Shown: positions 33,887 through 42,228 of the stretch, in pieces
How the letters are laid out: each line of letters starts with the position of its first letter
Numbering within the stretch: position 1 is the stretch's first letter
Assembly (NCBI GenBank): GCA_030550235.1
Contig: JAUQPU010000003.1
Span: forward strand, 79,897-143,896
Source of the DNA: Thermoproteota archaeon
Lineage (GTDB): Archaea; Thermoproteota; Nitrososphaeria_A; Caldarchaeales; Calditenuaceae
Direction of reading: 5' to 3'
DNA: 64,000 nt
Made by a program: the position numbers and the translations under genes
Notes under the pieces: generated by a model
What the model saw: only the letters and a program-made list of their open reading frames with translations
The model's database searches: none
Told to the model about the DNA's origin: nothing

Positions 33887-36322
33887 ATGTCAGGAGTTAG
33901 CAGAAGGGACTTTATGAGGGTGGTATCAGCCACCGCTGCTGCCAGTGCTATAGGCTCACTCATCGCAGCGCCGAGAGATGCTCTTCTCAGCCTACAGACA
34001 GACGTACTGCAAGCTAGGTCTGACTATAGGTTCGTTGAAGATAGCTGGGTGACGAGCACGTGTCTGCAGTGCCCAGCCGGATGCGGGATAGCTGTGCGGG
34101 TAACAGGGGGAAGGGCTGTCAAGATAGAGGGTAATCCTCTCCACCCAATTAACAGGGGCTCAATATGCCCCAAGGCACACTATGGTCTCCAAATACTATA
34201 CGACCCTGATAGAATCACGGGGCCTCTCGTCAGAGTGGGCGAGAGAGGTAAAATTGAATTTAGAGAGGTTAGCTGGAGGGAGGCCATCGACCTAGTTGCT
34301 TCAAGACTCTCTGAGTTGCGTCGTGCCGGAACACCTGAACGTTTTGTCTGGCTTGAAGGCAGGGTTCGAGGCAACATGGGCGACTTCATCTCGAGGTTTA
34401 CGACTGCCTTTGGAACACCAAACCGTATAGGTCATAGTAGTATTTGTTCTGATGGTGCGGTAATTGCGCATTACCTTATGCAGGGTGTCAAACATTATCT
34501 AGGCTATGACTGGCAAAACACCAACTATCTGCTTCTCTTCGGGGCAGGCTTCATAGAAGCATGGAGGCCGACAGTGAGACTTCTTAGAAGCTATGGCCAC
34601 ATTAGGGGTGAGAGGCCTGTGAGGGCCAAGATAGTTGTAGCAGATGTAAGATATTCAACTACTGCCAAGAAGGCGGACGAGTGGATTAGGATAAGGCCTG
34701 GTACTGACGGAGCCTTAGCGCTCGGAATAGCACATGTGATAATCAGAGACGAACTATATGACAGGGAGTTCGTCGAGAACCACACATACGGTTTTGAAGA
34801 ATTTGCAGAGACGGTCCTCTCCAAATATGGAGTGGAATGGACTGAGAAGGTTACCGGCGTTTCTACCGAAACTATTGAAAGAGTAGCCCATGAATTCGCG
34901 ACGACTAAGCCCGCTATCGCCGCCGGTCAGCGCGGTGCTATGATGCAGCCCAACGGCGTCTATAGCTACATGGCTATCCACGCCCTGAACGCGCTAGTCG
35001 GAAGCATAGGTAAAAGAGGTGGTGTGATCGCGCAGAAGTCGCCACCTTTCAAAAAATGGCCGGAATTTAAGCCTGACGAGGTCGCTGGGGAGGGGCTGGC
35101 TAATATGCGCATAGACTACGCTGGGACAGAGAGGTATCCATTTGCGAAAAACGTGTATCAGCAGGTGGCCGAGTCGGTCGTTGAGGGAAGACCCTACCCA
35201 GTAGAGGTTTTGATGATCTACTACACTAACCCGGCATTCTCATCCCCCAACGTGGCCTTGTGGGAGAAAGCTTTAGAGAAGATACCGTTCATAGTTAGCA
35301 CCTCTCCATTCATGGACGAGACAACAGCCTACTATGCGGATGTGGTCCTACCTGACCACACATATCTCGAACGCTGGATGGATGACGTAATCTACCCAAG
35401 CCTCGGCTACCCCGTTGCCTCAATACGCCAGCCCGTCGTTAAGCCTCTCTACAATACCGCGAATACAGGGGACGTGATAATAGAGTTGGCGAAGAGGGTT
35501 GGTGGCGCCGTAGCTGATGCTCTTCCGTGGAATAGTTTTGAGGAGGTTATCAAGTTTAGATGGAGCGGGATATGGGAGAGCGGGCGTGGAAAGGTTGGCC
35601 CCGTTCCTGTATCCCGAATGAGTAGTTTTGAAGAATTCTGGGCTAATGTGTTGAAGTATGGTTTCTGGGCAGATCCGCCTTACATCTTTGAAGACTACAA
35701 ACATGAGTTACAGACAAAGACGGGAAAGTTCGAGTTTCACTCTAAAACCCTCGAGGAGAAGCTGAATAGTCTCGCCCAGAAAATCGCAAAAGAGAAGGGG
35801 GTAGAGTTTGACCAGGCATATGAGACGTTGCTGGATAATCTAAACATCAAGGCAAGAGGGGCAGAGGTTTTCATACCACATTATGAGGAGCCAGAATTCG
35901 CCGGGGACGCATCCCAATACCCCTTCATCCTAATTACATACAAGTCGATAATGCATGCAGAGGGGAGAGGGACAAACTCTCCTTGGGCTTTAGCCAGTTT
36001 TGGGCCACACGTCAGGATGGGCTGGCGTAACTGGGTGGAGATTCATCCAGAGACTGCCAAGCAGCTCGGTATAAGGGATGGTGAGTTGGTCATGGTCGAG
36101 TCGCCTGCGGGAAGTTTGATTACCGTGGCGAAGATACATCCGACTTCAGTGCCTGAGGTCGTGGTCATGCCTTTTGGAATAGGTCGGAAGGCCTATGGTA
36201 GGTGGGCATCGAAGACGGGAACGAATGTCAACAACATCCTCATCGAGAGGCGGGAAAGGTTGTCTGGCTCGGCTGGTTTCTCATCGACACGTGTCAGGAT
36301 TACAAAGTGGGGTGGTGCCTGA
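33887..36322 (+). CDS. Tat-exported molybdopterin oxidoreductase catalytic subunit A (polysulfide/thiosulfate/tetrathionate-reductase-like)
   Basis: Twin-arginine signal SRRDFMRVVSATAAASA, FS0 motif CLQCPAGCG...C, and MopB-family length (811 aa). Confidence 0.9.
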   Translation: MSGVSRRDFMRVVSATAAASAIGSLIAAPRDALLSLQTDVLQARSDYRFVEDSWVTSTCLQCPAGCGIAVRVTGGRAVKIEGNPLHPINRGSICPKAHYGLQILYDPDRITGPLVRVGERGKIEFREVSWREAIDLVASRLSELRRAGTPERFVWLEGRVRGNMGDFISRFTTAFGTPNRIGHSSICSDGAVIAHYLMQGVKHYLGYDWQNTNYLLLFGAGFIEAWRPTVRLLRSYGHIRGERPVRAKIVVADVRYSTTAKKADEWIRIRPGTDGALALGIAHVIIRDELYDREFVENHTYGFEEFAETVLSKYGVEWTEKVTGVSTETIERVAHEFATTKPAIAAGQRGAMMQPNGVYSYMAIHALNALVGSIGKRGGVIAQKSPPFKKWPEFKPDEVAGEGLANMRIDYAGTERYPFAKNVYQQVAESVVEGRPYPVEVLMIYYTNPAFSSPNVALWEKALEKIPFIVSTSPFMDETTAYYADVVLPDHTYLERWMDDVIYPSLGYPVASIRQPVVKPLYNTANTGDVIIELAKRVGGAVADALPWNSFEEVIKFRWSGIWESGRGKVGPVPVSRMSSFEEFWANVLKYGFWADPPYIFEDYKHELQTKTGKFEFHSKTLEEKLNSLAQKIAKEKGVEFDQAYETLLDNLNIKARGAEVFIPHYEEPEFAGDASQYPFILITYKSIMHAEGRGTNSPWALASFGPHVRMGWRNWVEIHPETAKQLGIRDGELVMVESPAGSLITVAKIHPTSVPEVVVMPFGIGRKAYGRWASKTGTNVNNILIERRERLSGSAGFSSTRVRITKWGGA

Positions 36323-37137
36323 TGGTCCGGTGGGGTATGGTTATAGACTTGGATAAATGCACAGCCTGTCAAGCGTGCGTCGTAGCATGTAAAGCCGAGA
36401 ATAATATACCGATAGGTAGTGAAGCTGAGCAAGCGGCTGGCCGTCAAATCTCTTGGATGGACTTAATAGTTAAAAATTCTGAGGGGAGGGTCGCTATGCT
36501 CCCAAGGCCCTGCATGCACTGTGACAACCCTCCATGCGTCCAAGTTTGCCCAGTAGGCGCAACATTCAGGCGCGAAGATGGGATAGTGGATCAAGACTAT
36601 AACAGATGCATCGGATGCAGGCTCTGCATGGTCGCCTGCCCCTATGGTGTCAGATACTTCAACTGGCGTGAACCATCATGGCCGGACACCTATCTGGAGT
36701 ATCTCAATCCGACCGTGCCAGTAAGGCCTGCGGGGGTTGTAGAGAAATGTACTTTCTGTGTCCACAGAATTACACGTTTAAAGAGAGACATAAGTACTGG
36801 AAATGTCCCAACGGCCATAGCCAAGGTCACCAAGAACAATATGAGCCTAGAGGAGAAAACCAGTAAAGCCGTGGATACCCTAATGCGGAGACTTATCATG
36901 AAAAGTGACGAGGTTGAGAGAGCGGATCCAGAGGATTTGTGGATCGACTTCGACTTCAGAGAACTCAACTACCTGCCGTCATGTGTCAGAAGCTGCACCG
37001 GTAGAGCACTAATATTCGGAGACCTTGACGATCCAGAGAGTTTGGTTTCGCAGATGGCTAAAAGTAAGAGGGCTTTTAGACTGTTTGAGGAGCTGGGCAC
37101 AAATCCGAAGGTGATATATCTCCAGGAGGGGAGGTAG
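36322..37137 (+). CDS. 4x[4Fe-4S] electron-transfer subunit B (PsrB/NrfC/DmsB family) with an internal insertion of about 60 aa
   Basis: CTACQACVVAC, CMHCDNPPCVQVCP, CIGCRLCMVACP, and CTFC...CVRSC. ATG 36322 overlaps the subunit A stop by 1 nt. Confidence 0.9.
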   Translation: MVRWGMVIDLDKCTACQACVVACKAENNIPIGSEAEQAAGRQISWMDLIVKNSEGRVAMLPRPCMHCDNPPCVQVCPVGATFRREDGIVDQDYNRCIGCRLCMVACPYGVRYFNWREPSWPDTYLEYLNPTVPVRPAGVVEKCTFCVHRITRLKRDISTGNVPTAIAKVTKNNMSLEEKTSKAVDTLMRRLIMKSDEVERADPEDLWIDFDFRELNYLPSCVRSCTGRALIFGDLDDPESLVSQMAKSKRAFRLFEELGTNPKVIYLQEGR

Positions 37138-38682
37138 ATGGAGGTAGGTTATAACAAATACTATAACCCCGGCGGCTTCAGCAGAATAGCATACGCCACT
37201 CTGGGAATATTGATAATCGTGATTGCTCTGGCTTTGCATGCGTGGCTTCAGCAGTTGACACAGGGGCTGGCTGTCACAGGTCTTAACAGGCCTGTCGTCT
37301 GGGGGATTTACATGGCTAATTTCGTCTTCTTCATAAGCATAAGCATGTCGGGGACTTTCATCTCATCTGTTATGAGGCTGCTCAGCCTAGAATGGGGCAA
37401 ACCGATAACTAGGATAGCTGAAGTCATAACTGTTGGAAGCCTCCTGATGGCCGCCCTTAACATATTGTTCGATGTGGGAGGGCTCTTCCGCGCCCTCATC
37501 TACATACCCCTCTTTGGCAGGATACAGTCGCCCGTCGGATGGGACGTAATCGTCCTTCTCTTCTATCTTCTCACAGGCCTAGGCTATCTACACGTAGCGC
37601 TTATACCCGATATAGCGGTCATGGCGGGGAAGGAGAGCCGTTTTTCATGGCTCTATAGTCTGCTACGTTATGACTGGCGGGGAGATAAAGACCAGCTCCA
37701 CCTACTTGAGTCAGGGCTTAAAATCCTCGCAATAGTGACAGTGCCAGTTGCGGTGATGATGCACACTGTTACCGGCTGGATATTTGGCGGGATGAAGGCT
37801 GTCTCAACATGGAATGACGCAATCATGGGCCCATACTTCATAATAGGCGCGCTTCTGTCAGGGTTGTCTCTCGTCATAATAACCTCGGCCATTATCAGAT
37901 GGAGATTCGCTCTCCACGAAGTAATCCCCGACAGAACATTCATTAACTTGGGAAAGATGCTCTTGGTCTTCTTGCTTGGCTATCTCTACTTTATGCTAGC
38001 AGAGACATTCACCGTCAGGTACGCGGCTGTATCTGAAGACATTAGAGTCTCAGAGTTTTCATGGACTGGGCCGTATAGCCCTCTAACATGGTATGTGTTA
38101 GCCTCTCTTGTAATAGCTAGTGTTGTTTTGCTTATACCGAGGCTAAGAACCTATAAAGCGGTTATTGCCATGTCTGCGGCGGTCCTCCCAGCCATGTGGG
38201 TTAAGAGAGTGTTAATAGTTTTGCCGGGGCTGATTCACCATGACAGTCTCCCGACAGTTCAATCAGCCCTCCCCCAATATACGCCTACATACGTGGAGTT
38301 TTTGCTCACTGCAGGCTCTTTCGCAGGTCTCGCACTGATTCTATTGTTGTTTGTAAAGCTATTCCCAGTCCTTCCAGTCTGGGAGGTTTTCGGGGTGCAG
38401 AAAACCAAAACCGAGCCAACTACAAACATCTCGCTTCGCGCTGTCCTAACCGGGTGGATGTCAGGAATATTAATCACCACAGCTTACGTAGCTGTATGGG
38501 CTGCATCAACTATTATATTCGCAGGAGAAAACTCGGCGGTAACTTACTCTGTCAAGCTCGCCCCAACAGCTATTCAGGTTCTATCCATACCAGAACTCGC
38601 CACGACAGCTATGTTCAACCTCCTAATCATAGTTGCACTGGCAGGCGTTTTAGCCATATTGTTTGTTAGAAGAAGAGGCTGA
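37138..38682 (+). CDS. NrfD/PsrC-family integral membrane quinol-interacting subunit C
   Basis: Starts 1 nt after the subunit B stop. Many TM helices and an NrfD-like N-terminal region. Confidence 0.8.
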   Translation: MEVGYNKYYNPGGFSRIAYATLGILIIVIALALHAWLQQLTQGLAVTGLNRPVVWGIYMANFVFFISISMSGTFISSVMRLLSLEWGKPITRIAEVITVGSLLMAALNILFDVGGLFRALIYIPLFGRIQSPVGWDVIVLLFYLLTGLGYLHVALIPDIAVMAGKESRFSWLYSLLRYDWRGDKDQLHLLESGLKILAIVTVPVAVMMHTVTGWIFGGMKAVSTWNDAIMGPYFIIGALLSGLSLVIITSAIIRWRFALHEVIPDRTFINLGKMLLVFLLGYLYFMLAETFTVRYAAVSEDIRVSEFSWTGPYSPLTWYVLASLVIASVVLLIPRLRTYKAVIAMSAAVLPAMWVKRVLIVLPGLIHHDSLPTVQSALPQYTPTYVEFLLTAGSFAGLALILLLFVKLFPVLPVWEVFGVQKTKTEPTTNISLRAVLTGWMSGILITTAYVAVWAASTIIFAGENSAVTYSVKLAPTAIQVLSIPELATTAMFNLLIIVALAGVLAILFVRRRG

Positions 38683-38703
38683 ATAACTCCAGCATCTCGC
38701 CTA

Positions 38704-38715
38704 TTTTCATTTTTT
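38704..38715 (+). terminator. Oligo-T tract (TTTTCATTTTTT) after the psrABC-like operon
   Basis: A T-rich run 22 nt past the stop codon. This is the usual archaeal termination signal. Confidence 0.4.
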
Positions 38716-38815
38716 AAGTGTAGCGCCAAGACTATTAGGAAAGCTACCTGTATCTGTGTCGTCCTGTCCTATGGGAAGATTTTAGAGTAGGACTAAGGTA
38801 GATGGTGGTGTCGTC

Positions 38816-39667
38816 GTGAAGGGTGTTAGAGAGTTTGTTGACCCATCGGCTCTGGCAGCGGCCATGTCTGAGAGTTCAAGGTTTAGGAGAGGGGTCATTG
38901 TCTTATTGGCTGCCTTCATCTCTCACGTGGCCTCATCGGTCTACTACTTCTTAGAGAAGCTGCGGGTCAGATATGCTTCACCGGGAATTGAGCTGCCTCT
39001 CCCCCCTATAACTGAGGCTCCCGAGGCCGTCTTTTTGGCGACGCTGTATCTGAGCATGGGATTTCTAGCAGTTATCGGAGTATTCTCGATTACCGTTTAT
39101 CTGAAGGGGAGGGAGAGGAGGAGTCTGATACCCGTCTTTAGCTCAGCCATGCACGGCTTCCTAGCCTTCACAGTGGCAACACTACTCCTACTCCCCATCC
39201 TACTTCCAGCACCCCCCACCGATGTGGCTATAACCTATGCGGAGGTTAGCGAAGTCAAGCTTGAGAACGCGAGGATAGATGGAATGCTGAGGTCTAATGG
39301 ATCGGAATTGACGATTACTGCCCAAGTCTTGCGGTCACCACGGCTAGTATACAACGTCTCAAGCCACAGCCACCCCCTCCTCATAGAGTCTGCGACCGCT
39401 AGGGTCTCTGATCAGATTATAAGTCTGGGGGATATACTGGTTGAGAGGCTTTCGTGGGATCGGGTAGAATTCAGTGGCTACAGCTTTGCGACTGAGCCGG
39501 CTATGAGCCGCGAGCCGTGGAGTGCCCTTGCCACGGTGCTGTCTTGGCTATGGCTGGTCCTATACGTTGGACTGGCTTGTAAAAAATTTTACAAGCTTAG
39601 CTCTCAGACCATTACACTCTCTATCATCATCACGATTATTGTCCTGCTTGTTTTCGGCATGCTATGA
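38816..39667 (+). CDS. Hypothetical membrane protein
   Basis: Four or more hydrophobic helices flank a central soluble segment. No motif recognised. Confidence 0.45.
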   Translation: MKGVREFVDPSALAAAMSESSRFRRGVIVLLAAFISHVASSVYYFLEKLRVRYASPGIELPLPPITEAPEAVFLATLYLSMGFLAVIGVFSITVYLKGRERRSLIPVFSSAMHGFLAFTVATLLLLPILLPAPPTDVAITYAEVSEVKLENARIDGMLRSNGSELTITAQVLRSPRLVYNVSSHSHPLLIESATARVSDQIISLGDILVERLSWDRVEFSGYSFATEPAMSREPWSALATVLSWLWLVLYVGLACKKFYKLSSQTITLSIIITIIVLLVFGML

Positions 39668-40370
39668 GTCTTCCAGCCCTATCAACCTCGCCTAGCCTAA
39701 CCCTCGTACTGCTGATGGGCCTACCATCCTCTGCGAGCACGAGGGGGGAGAGCTCCAGAGCAACGGGCGGCAATCCCCTAGATACTCTAAGGTTAACCGC
39801 CTCCTCAGCCCTGCCCAGCGTGATTGGGCCAGTTACCAGCATGTCGATCCTCTCATCGGATAATAAGGGGCCATAGGGGTCGTTTAGCTGGGTTATCTCA
39901 GCCCTCGATAACCATCCATACTTATCCAGTGTCCTTCTAAGCTCCTCAATCCTCTCCCTCATGGGGGATATCTTCCCCTCCTTCATCAGCTTCGAGGCAA
40001 ACTCGTCGCTTGTTACGCCTATTATTACCTTCTTCGAGAGTCTAAAGGCGGTGTTGAGTAGGGCGAGATGTCCTACGTGTAGTTCGTCAAAGGTGCCGCC
40101 AAGAGCGCCCATATTGTAGATGGGTCTGAAGCTCCGTGATAGCTCCAGCTCCTCCTCCACCTCATAGTACCAGAGCCTGTGGCTCCGCAGAAGGATTAGG
40201 GCCTCACCCTTCATAACCCCAAGCTGCAGCGTAAGCTCGTCCAGAGTAATCTTCGGATACTTGACAAGAATCTCTTTAACGAGTAGGTCACGCTTGCTAT
40301 TGTAGCTCCCCATCCCCCTAACGACCTCCCACAGCATAGGATACAGCTCGGTCACTGCAACCCTGTTCAA
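39636..40370 (-). CDS. coaD: Archaeal phosphopantetheine adenylyltransferase with an N-terminal extension of about 85 aa
   Basis: GALGGTFDELHVGHLALL (nucleotidyltransferase HxGH motif) ... LNDPYGP ... AEDGRPISSTRVRLGEVDRAG matches archaeal PPAT. Confidence 0.8.
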   Translation of the reverse strand: MNRVAVTELYPMLWEVVRGMGSYNSKRDLLVKEILVKYPKITLDELTLQLGVMKGEALILLRSHRLWYYEVEEELELSRSFRPIYNMGALGGTFDELHVGHLALLNTAFRLSKKVIIGVTSDEFASKLMKEGKISPMRERIEELRRTLDKYGWLSRAEITQLNDPYGPLLSDERIDMLVTGPITLGRAEEAVNLRVSRGLPPVALELSPLVLAEDGRPISSTRVRLGEVDRAGRLIACRKQAGQ

Positions 40371-40396
40371 CTCCGCTTCTCAGTGTAGATTGCTAT

Positions 40397-40780
40397 ATGC
40401 TATTAAACCATTATGCTGTTCTGGGAAAGACTTATAGCTTGAGCCCAACTTTTTCTGGATGCATGACGACGCTGAAGCAGATACACAGAATCTACGAAGA
40501 GCTCAAGGACACGGTAGACTTCTTCGAGGAGCAGGTCAATAGTGGCTCTCGGCTCGAGATGGTTGCGAACAATATAGCCGAGGTCATAGAGACTATTGAG
40601 AGCCTACTCCTTGACCCTCGCCTCTCCTCCTCCACCCTCAGCCTCTTCGAGGAGCTCAGGATGCGAGCCCTCGAGATTCAGAGGAGAGTTAACAACGCAC
40701 TAAGCAAGATGGAAGAAAATATTAGTAACGAGGGTGGTGGATTGGAAGGAAGGAGATGGCGGCGGTGGAGGACCTATTAG
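40397..40780 (+). CDS. Hypothetical helical protein
   Basis: ORF only. The likely start is the internal ATG (MTTLKQIH...). It overlaps the tldD start by 25 nt. Confidence 0.35.
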   Translation: MLLNHYAVLGKTYSLSPTFSGCMTTLKQIHRIYEELKDTVDFFEEQVNSGSRLEMVANNIAEVIETIESLLLDPRLSSSTLSLFEELRMRALEIQRRVNNALSKMEENISNEGGGLEGRRWRRWRTY

Positions 40781-42204
40781 TATATGCGTTAAAGACTGCC
40801 TCACGGTTGGGAGCTTCTTATGCAGAGGCTAGGTTTGAAAGCCACTTAGGGGAGGCTCTTATCCTGAGGAACGGCGTCGTCGATGTATCTGCGCGAACCG
40901 TGTCGCGCGGTGTTGGTGTGCGTGTCCTCTATAATAGGGCCCTCGGATTCAGCTCCACCGGCAATTTGACCAGGAGGGGTGTGTCTGCGGCTGTTAAGAG
41001 GGCTGTAGAACTTGCAAAAGCCTCGTCTAGGCTACTCTCCAAGGGGGTTTCCATGAGTGATGAGACTATGGAGAAGGCTCGAGTAACGGTTAGGCCTAGG
41101 GTTAGGCATGAGAATGTCTCTACAGAGGATAAGGTTGAGCTTCTAAAGATTGCGGACGGCGCGATCACCAAGGCTGCAGAGGAGAGGGGTGTTAAGGCAG
41201 TCGCTAGAATGTTTGAGCTGAGTCTGGGCCATGTTGAGAAACACGTTATGAACACGGACGGCGCTGATGTATACTTGGACAAGCCCCTATCGGCTCTGAA
41301 CTGTATATTCACAGTATTCGGCGAGGGTAGATATCTCCAAAGATTCGTCAACCTAGGCGAGTCTCGAGGATGGGAGGCTGTTGAGAGGTGGCGGCTTGAT
41401 GAGGCAATGGGTGAGGAGGCTGCGGCCGTCTCAGAGGCGGTTAAAAAAGCCGTTGAACCTCCTCGGGGTAAGATGGACGTGGTGCTGGGCTCCGAGATCA
41501 TAGGCCTAGTCTGTCATGAGTCTGCTGGTCATCCTGGAGAGGCTGACAGAATGCTAGGGAGGGAGGCGGCGCAAGCAGGTGAGACATACATTACAAGGGG
41601 GCATCTGGGCTCGAGGATTGGCTCCGAGGTAGTTACAATCGTCGATGACCCCACACTCCCAGGCTCATTCGGCTACTACCTCTACGACGATGAGGGCGTT
41701 AAGGCCTCAGAGAGAGTATTGATTGAGCGCGGCATAATTAAGGAGCTGCTTCATAACCGTGAGACTGCCCCAGAGTTCGGTGTTAAGAGCAACGCATCCT
41801 CACGGGCCAACAACTACAACAGGGAGCCCATCGTCCGTATGGCCAATACTTACATGAAGCCTGGAGACCACTCGCTGGAGGAGCTTATCGAGGGCGTCAA
41901 GGAAGGAGTGTATGTGAAGAGCTTCATGGAGTGGAATATAGACGATAAGAGGTGGAATCAGAGGTATGTCGGAGTTGAGGCATATCTCATCAGGGATGGA
42001 GAGCTCGGCCCCATGGTCTTCCAGCCAGTCATAGAGCTGACCACTCAGGCCCTCTACTCGGCCATAGACGCGCTTGGTAAAGACCTGAGATTCTACGCTG
42101 GATACTGTGGCAAGGGTGACCCGATGCAGGGCATACCTGTCTGGCTAGGAGGACCATCAGCCCGTCTAAGAAACATAACTCTCGGAAGAGTCACAGCACA
42201 GTAG
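40756..42204 (+). CDS. tldD: TldD-family metalloprotease
   Basis: HExxxH motif in VCHESAGHPGEADR. Overall TldD/PmbA fold length. Confidence 0.9.
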   Translation: MAAVEDLLVYALKTASRLGASYAEARFESHLGEALILRNGVVDVSARTVSRGVGVRVLYNRALGFSSTGNLTRRGVSAAVKRAVELAKASSRLLSKGVSMSDETMEKARVTVRPRVRHENVSTEDKVELLKIADGAITKAAEERGVKAVARMFELSLGHVEKHVMNTDGADVYLDKPLSALNCIFTVFGEGRYLQRFVNLGESRGWEAVERWRLDEAMGEEAAAVSEAVKKAVEPPRGKMDVVLGSEIIGLVCHESAGHPGEADRMLGREAAQAGETYITRGHLGSRIGSEVVTIVDDPTLPGSFGYYLYDDEGVKASERVLIERGIIKELLHNRETAPEFGVKSNASSRANNYNREPIVRMANTYMKPGDHSLEELIEGVKEGVYVKSFMEWNIDDKRWNQRYVGVEAYLIRDGELGPMVFQPVIELTTQALYSAIDALGKDLRFYAGYCGKGDPMQGIPVWLGGPSARLRNITLGRVTAQ

Positions 42205-42228
42205 ATACTCACAAGTCAGGGAAGCAGG

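Noticed and set aside
36202-36321. A 40-codon upstream extension of the PsrB-like ORF in the track (start 36202).
   Set aside because: It overlaps the 3' end of subunit A in another frame. The conserved ferredoxin N-terminus (MVRWGMVIDLDKCTAC) begins at ATG 36322, which overlaps the A stop codon.
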